NCBI GenBank assembly: GCA_965226795.1
Contig: CBDDDZ010000003.1
Location: 416,001-480,000 of the forward strand
From: Candidatus Latescibacterota bacterium
GTDB taxonomy: Bacteria > Latescibacterota > UBA2968 > GCA-2709665
Direction of reading: 5' to 3'
Length of the DNA stretch: 64,000 bases
Under the pieces are notes generated by a model, which was given only the letters and a program-made list of their open reading frames with translations, was not told the DNA's origin and searched no databases. Every line of letters begins with the position of its first letter. Positions within the stretch are counted from its first letter, which is position 1. Of the stretch, positions 62,137 through 64,000 are shown in pieces. The translations under genes were made by a program, and so were the position numbers.

Positions 62137-63012
62137 ATGAGCGAAGACACGCGAACCGGGCTTTTGCAGGCTGAAAAAAAACTGGCGCAGCTCGAGAACC
62201 TCCTCGAGCGGATGGGGAGCGCGGTCGTGGCGTTCTCAGGAGGCGTGGACAGCACGTTTCTGGCTGCGGCGGCTCACAGGGCGCTTGGATCGAAAGCACT
62301 GGCGGTGACGGCGGTTTCGGCCAGCTACGCTACCGGCGAACTCGAGAACGCGCAGGCTCTGGCGGCCCGGATCGGAATTTCGATGGAAGTGGTCCACACC
62401 CGGGAAATGCAGAATCCCGACTACGTAAAAAATGAACCCGATCGATGTTATCATTGCAAGACGGCGCTGGCGGACAAGCTGGATGAAGTCCTCGAAAAGT
62501 ATGGGGGACGGTATCGGTTTCTGATTTACGGGGCCATCGCGGACGACGTGGGCGACTTCAGGCCAGGTATGGCGGCGGCCCGAGACCGGGGCGTGCGGGC
62601 GCCGATGGTCGAGGTGGGCTTGACAAAGGAGGAGATTCGGTTGTTATCCAGAACCTGGGGATTGCCCACCTGGGATCAACCGGCGTCTGCGTGTCTGTCA
62701 TCCCGAATTTCCTATGGAACGCCCGTGACGGTGGAAGCGCTGTCGATGGTTGACCGGGCCGAGGCTTTTCTCAAAACGCTGGGTTTCAGCCTGGTCCGGG
62801 TGAGGCACCATGACGATATCGCCCGCATTGAAGTTCCTCCGGGGGAGATCGCCCGATTCTTCCTGGAAGGACTCGTCGACCGGGTTGTGGCGCACTTGAA
62901 GGAAATCGGATATCGGTTCGTCACGGTGGATATGCAGGGATACCGAAGCGGGAGTCTGAACGAAACGTTACTGAATATTGCGGGGCAGGTAGTCGTCACG
63001 GCTGAAGAGTGA
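62137..63012 (+). CDS. larE: LarE-family ATP-dependent sulfur transferase
   Basis: FSGGVDS PP-loop, RCYHCK, DDVGDFRPG, SACLSSRI, RVRHH, GYRSGSLN. Confidence 0.88.
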   Translation: MSEDTRTGLLQAEKKLAQLENLLERMGSAVVAFSGGVDSTFLAAAAHRALGSKALAVTAVSASYATGELENAQALAARIGISMEVVHTREMQNPDYVKNEPDRCYHCKTALADKLDEVLEKYGGRYRFLIYGAIADDVGDFRPGMAAARDRGVRAPMVEVGLTKEEIRLLSRTWGLPTWDQPASACLSSRISYGTPVTVEALSMVDRAEAFLKTLGFSLVRVRHHDDIARIEVPPGEIARFFLEGLVDRVVAHLKEIGYRFVTVDMQGYRSGSLNETLLNIAGQVVVTAEE

Positions 63013-63034
63013 CAATGTACACGGAACCTGAACA

Positions 63035-63628
63035 ATGGCATTGCTTGAGATAAAGAGATTCGGCTGCCCGACACTCAGAAAGAAGGCGCGGCCGGTTGAA
63101 GCGATTACGCAGGAGGTTCGGACCCTCGTGGACGATATGTTCGAGACGATGTATGCGGCGGAGGGGATAGGGCTCGCGGCGCCCCAGGTCGGTGTAAGCC
63201 TGCGTGTGGTGGTTCTGGACGTGAGCCCCGGCGGTCCGGAGTGCGAAGCGACGGTATTAATCAATCCGGAATTGAGTGAGGCTGAGGGCGAGGTCGTGGG
63301 CGAAGAGGGATGTCTGAGCATGCCGGGGGTTGTGGGAGATGTAAGTCGCCGGGCGCAGGTCCGGGTAGATGCCCTGGACCGGGACGGCAACGTTGTCAGC
63401 GGTGTGATGACGGATATTGCGGCCCGCGCGGTTCAGCACGAAGTCGATCATCTGAACGGCGTTCTGGTCACGGATCATTTCAGCGCAATCAAACGGAATC
63501 TCCTGCGCAGCCAACTCGTCGCATTGAAACGACAAGGCAGCCGCCAGAAGCAAGGGCTGACATACCTGGACGCAATTCGCTCGTCACGCGCGGGCGGCGG
63601 CCCGGGTGAAGCGAAGGCCGGGCCATGA
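63035..63628 (+). CDS. def: Peptide deformylase
   Basis: GIGLAAPQVG, EGCLS, QHEVDHLNG. Confidence 0.95.
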   Translation: MALLEIKRFGCPTLRKKARPVEAITQEVRTLVDDMFETMYAAEGIGLAAPQVGVSLRVVVLDVSPGGPECEATVLINPELSEAEGEVVGEEGCLSMPGVVGDVSRRAQVRVDALDRDGNVVSGVMTDIAARAVQHEVDHLNGVLVTDHFSAIKRNLLRSQLVALKRQGSRQKQGLTYLDAIRSSRAGGGPGEAKAGP

Positions 63629-64000
63629 ACCAGCGTATCGACCTGCATCTGCACTCGACGTGCTCCGACGGGACATTCACGCCTCGGGAAGTGGTACGCC
63701 GGGCCGCAGACGCCGGACTCAGCGTGATTAGTTTGACCGATCACGACTCGACCGAGGGTGTTGCGGCGGCGCAAGAGGAAGGCGCACGGCTGGGTGTCGA
63801 GGTGGTGCCAGGGACGGAGTTGAGCGCCCAGGCGGACGGAACCGACGTGCATATTCTGGGATACTTCATCGACCCCGATCATCCGGATCTGATCGTTTGT
63901 CTTAACATCTATCGACAGGCAAGGTTGCAGCGGGCGGAACGGGTCGTGAAAAAGCTGAATCGCCTGGGATTGCGGGTGTCCATGGAGAAGGTGCTTGCCA
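63625..64000 (+). CDS. PHP-domain phosphoesterase (partial, runs off the window end)
   Basis: Manual translation MNQRIDLHLHSTCSDG..TDHD..GTELS..HILGY; ATGA overlap with def. Confidence 0.9.
   Translation, partial: MNQRIDLHLHSTCSDGTFTPREVVRRAADAGLSVISLTDHDSTEGVAAAQEEGARLGVEVVPGTELSAQADGTDVHILGYFIDPDHPDLIVCLNIYRQARLQRAERVVKKLNRLGLRVSMEKVLA

Overview
GC-rich bacterial chromosome segment spanning the replication-origin region. The lineage looks FCB/Latescibacterota-like, which is inference only. Core order: rsmG-mnmE-yidC-rnpA-rpmH (minus) | dnaA-oriC-dnaN-recF-DUF721/dciA-gyrB-gyrA (plus), then hom, tRNA-Asp, mfd, surA, S4 protein, methyltransferase, ftsEX-envC, DHH, argF, tmk, S41 protease, a coiled-coil protein, an ATP-grasp protein, larE, def and a PHP protein. 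The left arm carries sat, clpP, hemE-hemH-hemY, serS, a sigma54-type small ORF, a GT2, intact pbpC beside a five-lesion alpha-2-macroglobulin pseudogene, LLM/cupin/penicillin-acylase/HAD genes, pgsA and an FAH gene. Best candidate novel system: an XRE helix-turn-helix domain fused to a methylmalonyl-CoA mutase catalytic subunit, preceded by a 32-bp inverted repeat with perfect 15-bp arms, followed by methylmalonyl-CoA epimerase, and carrying a perfect parS inside an active-site codon block. Other oddities: an exact 3 x 219-bp array rich in DnaA boxes about 9 kb from dnaA, a perfect 48-bp palindrome inside yidC, a GyrA-C-gate-like helical insertion in the S41 protease, a divergent DnaA ssDNA motif with CAA-type trios, and an ATP-grasp plus LarE pair. 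No CRISPR array, rRNA or intact transposase was seen.
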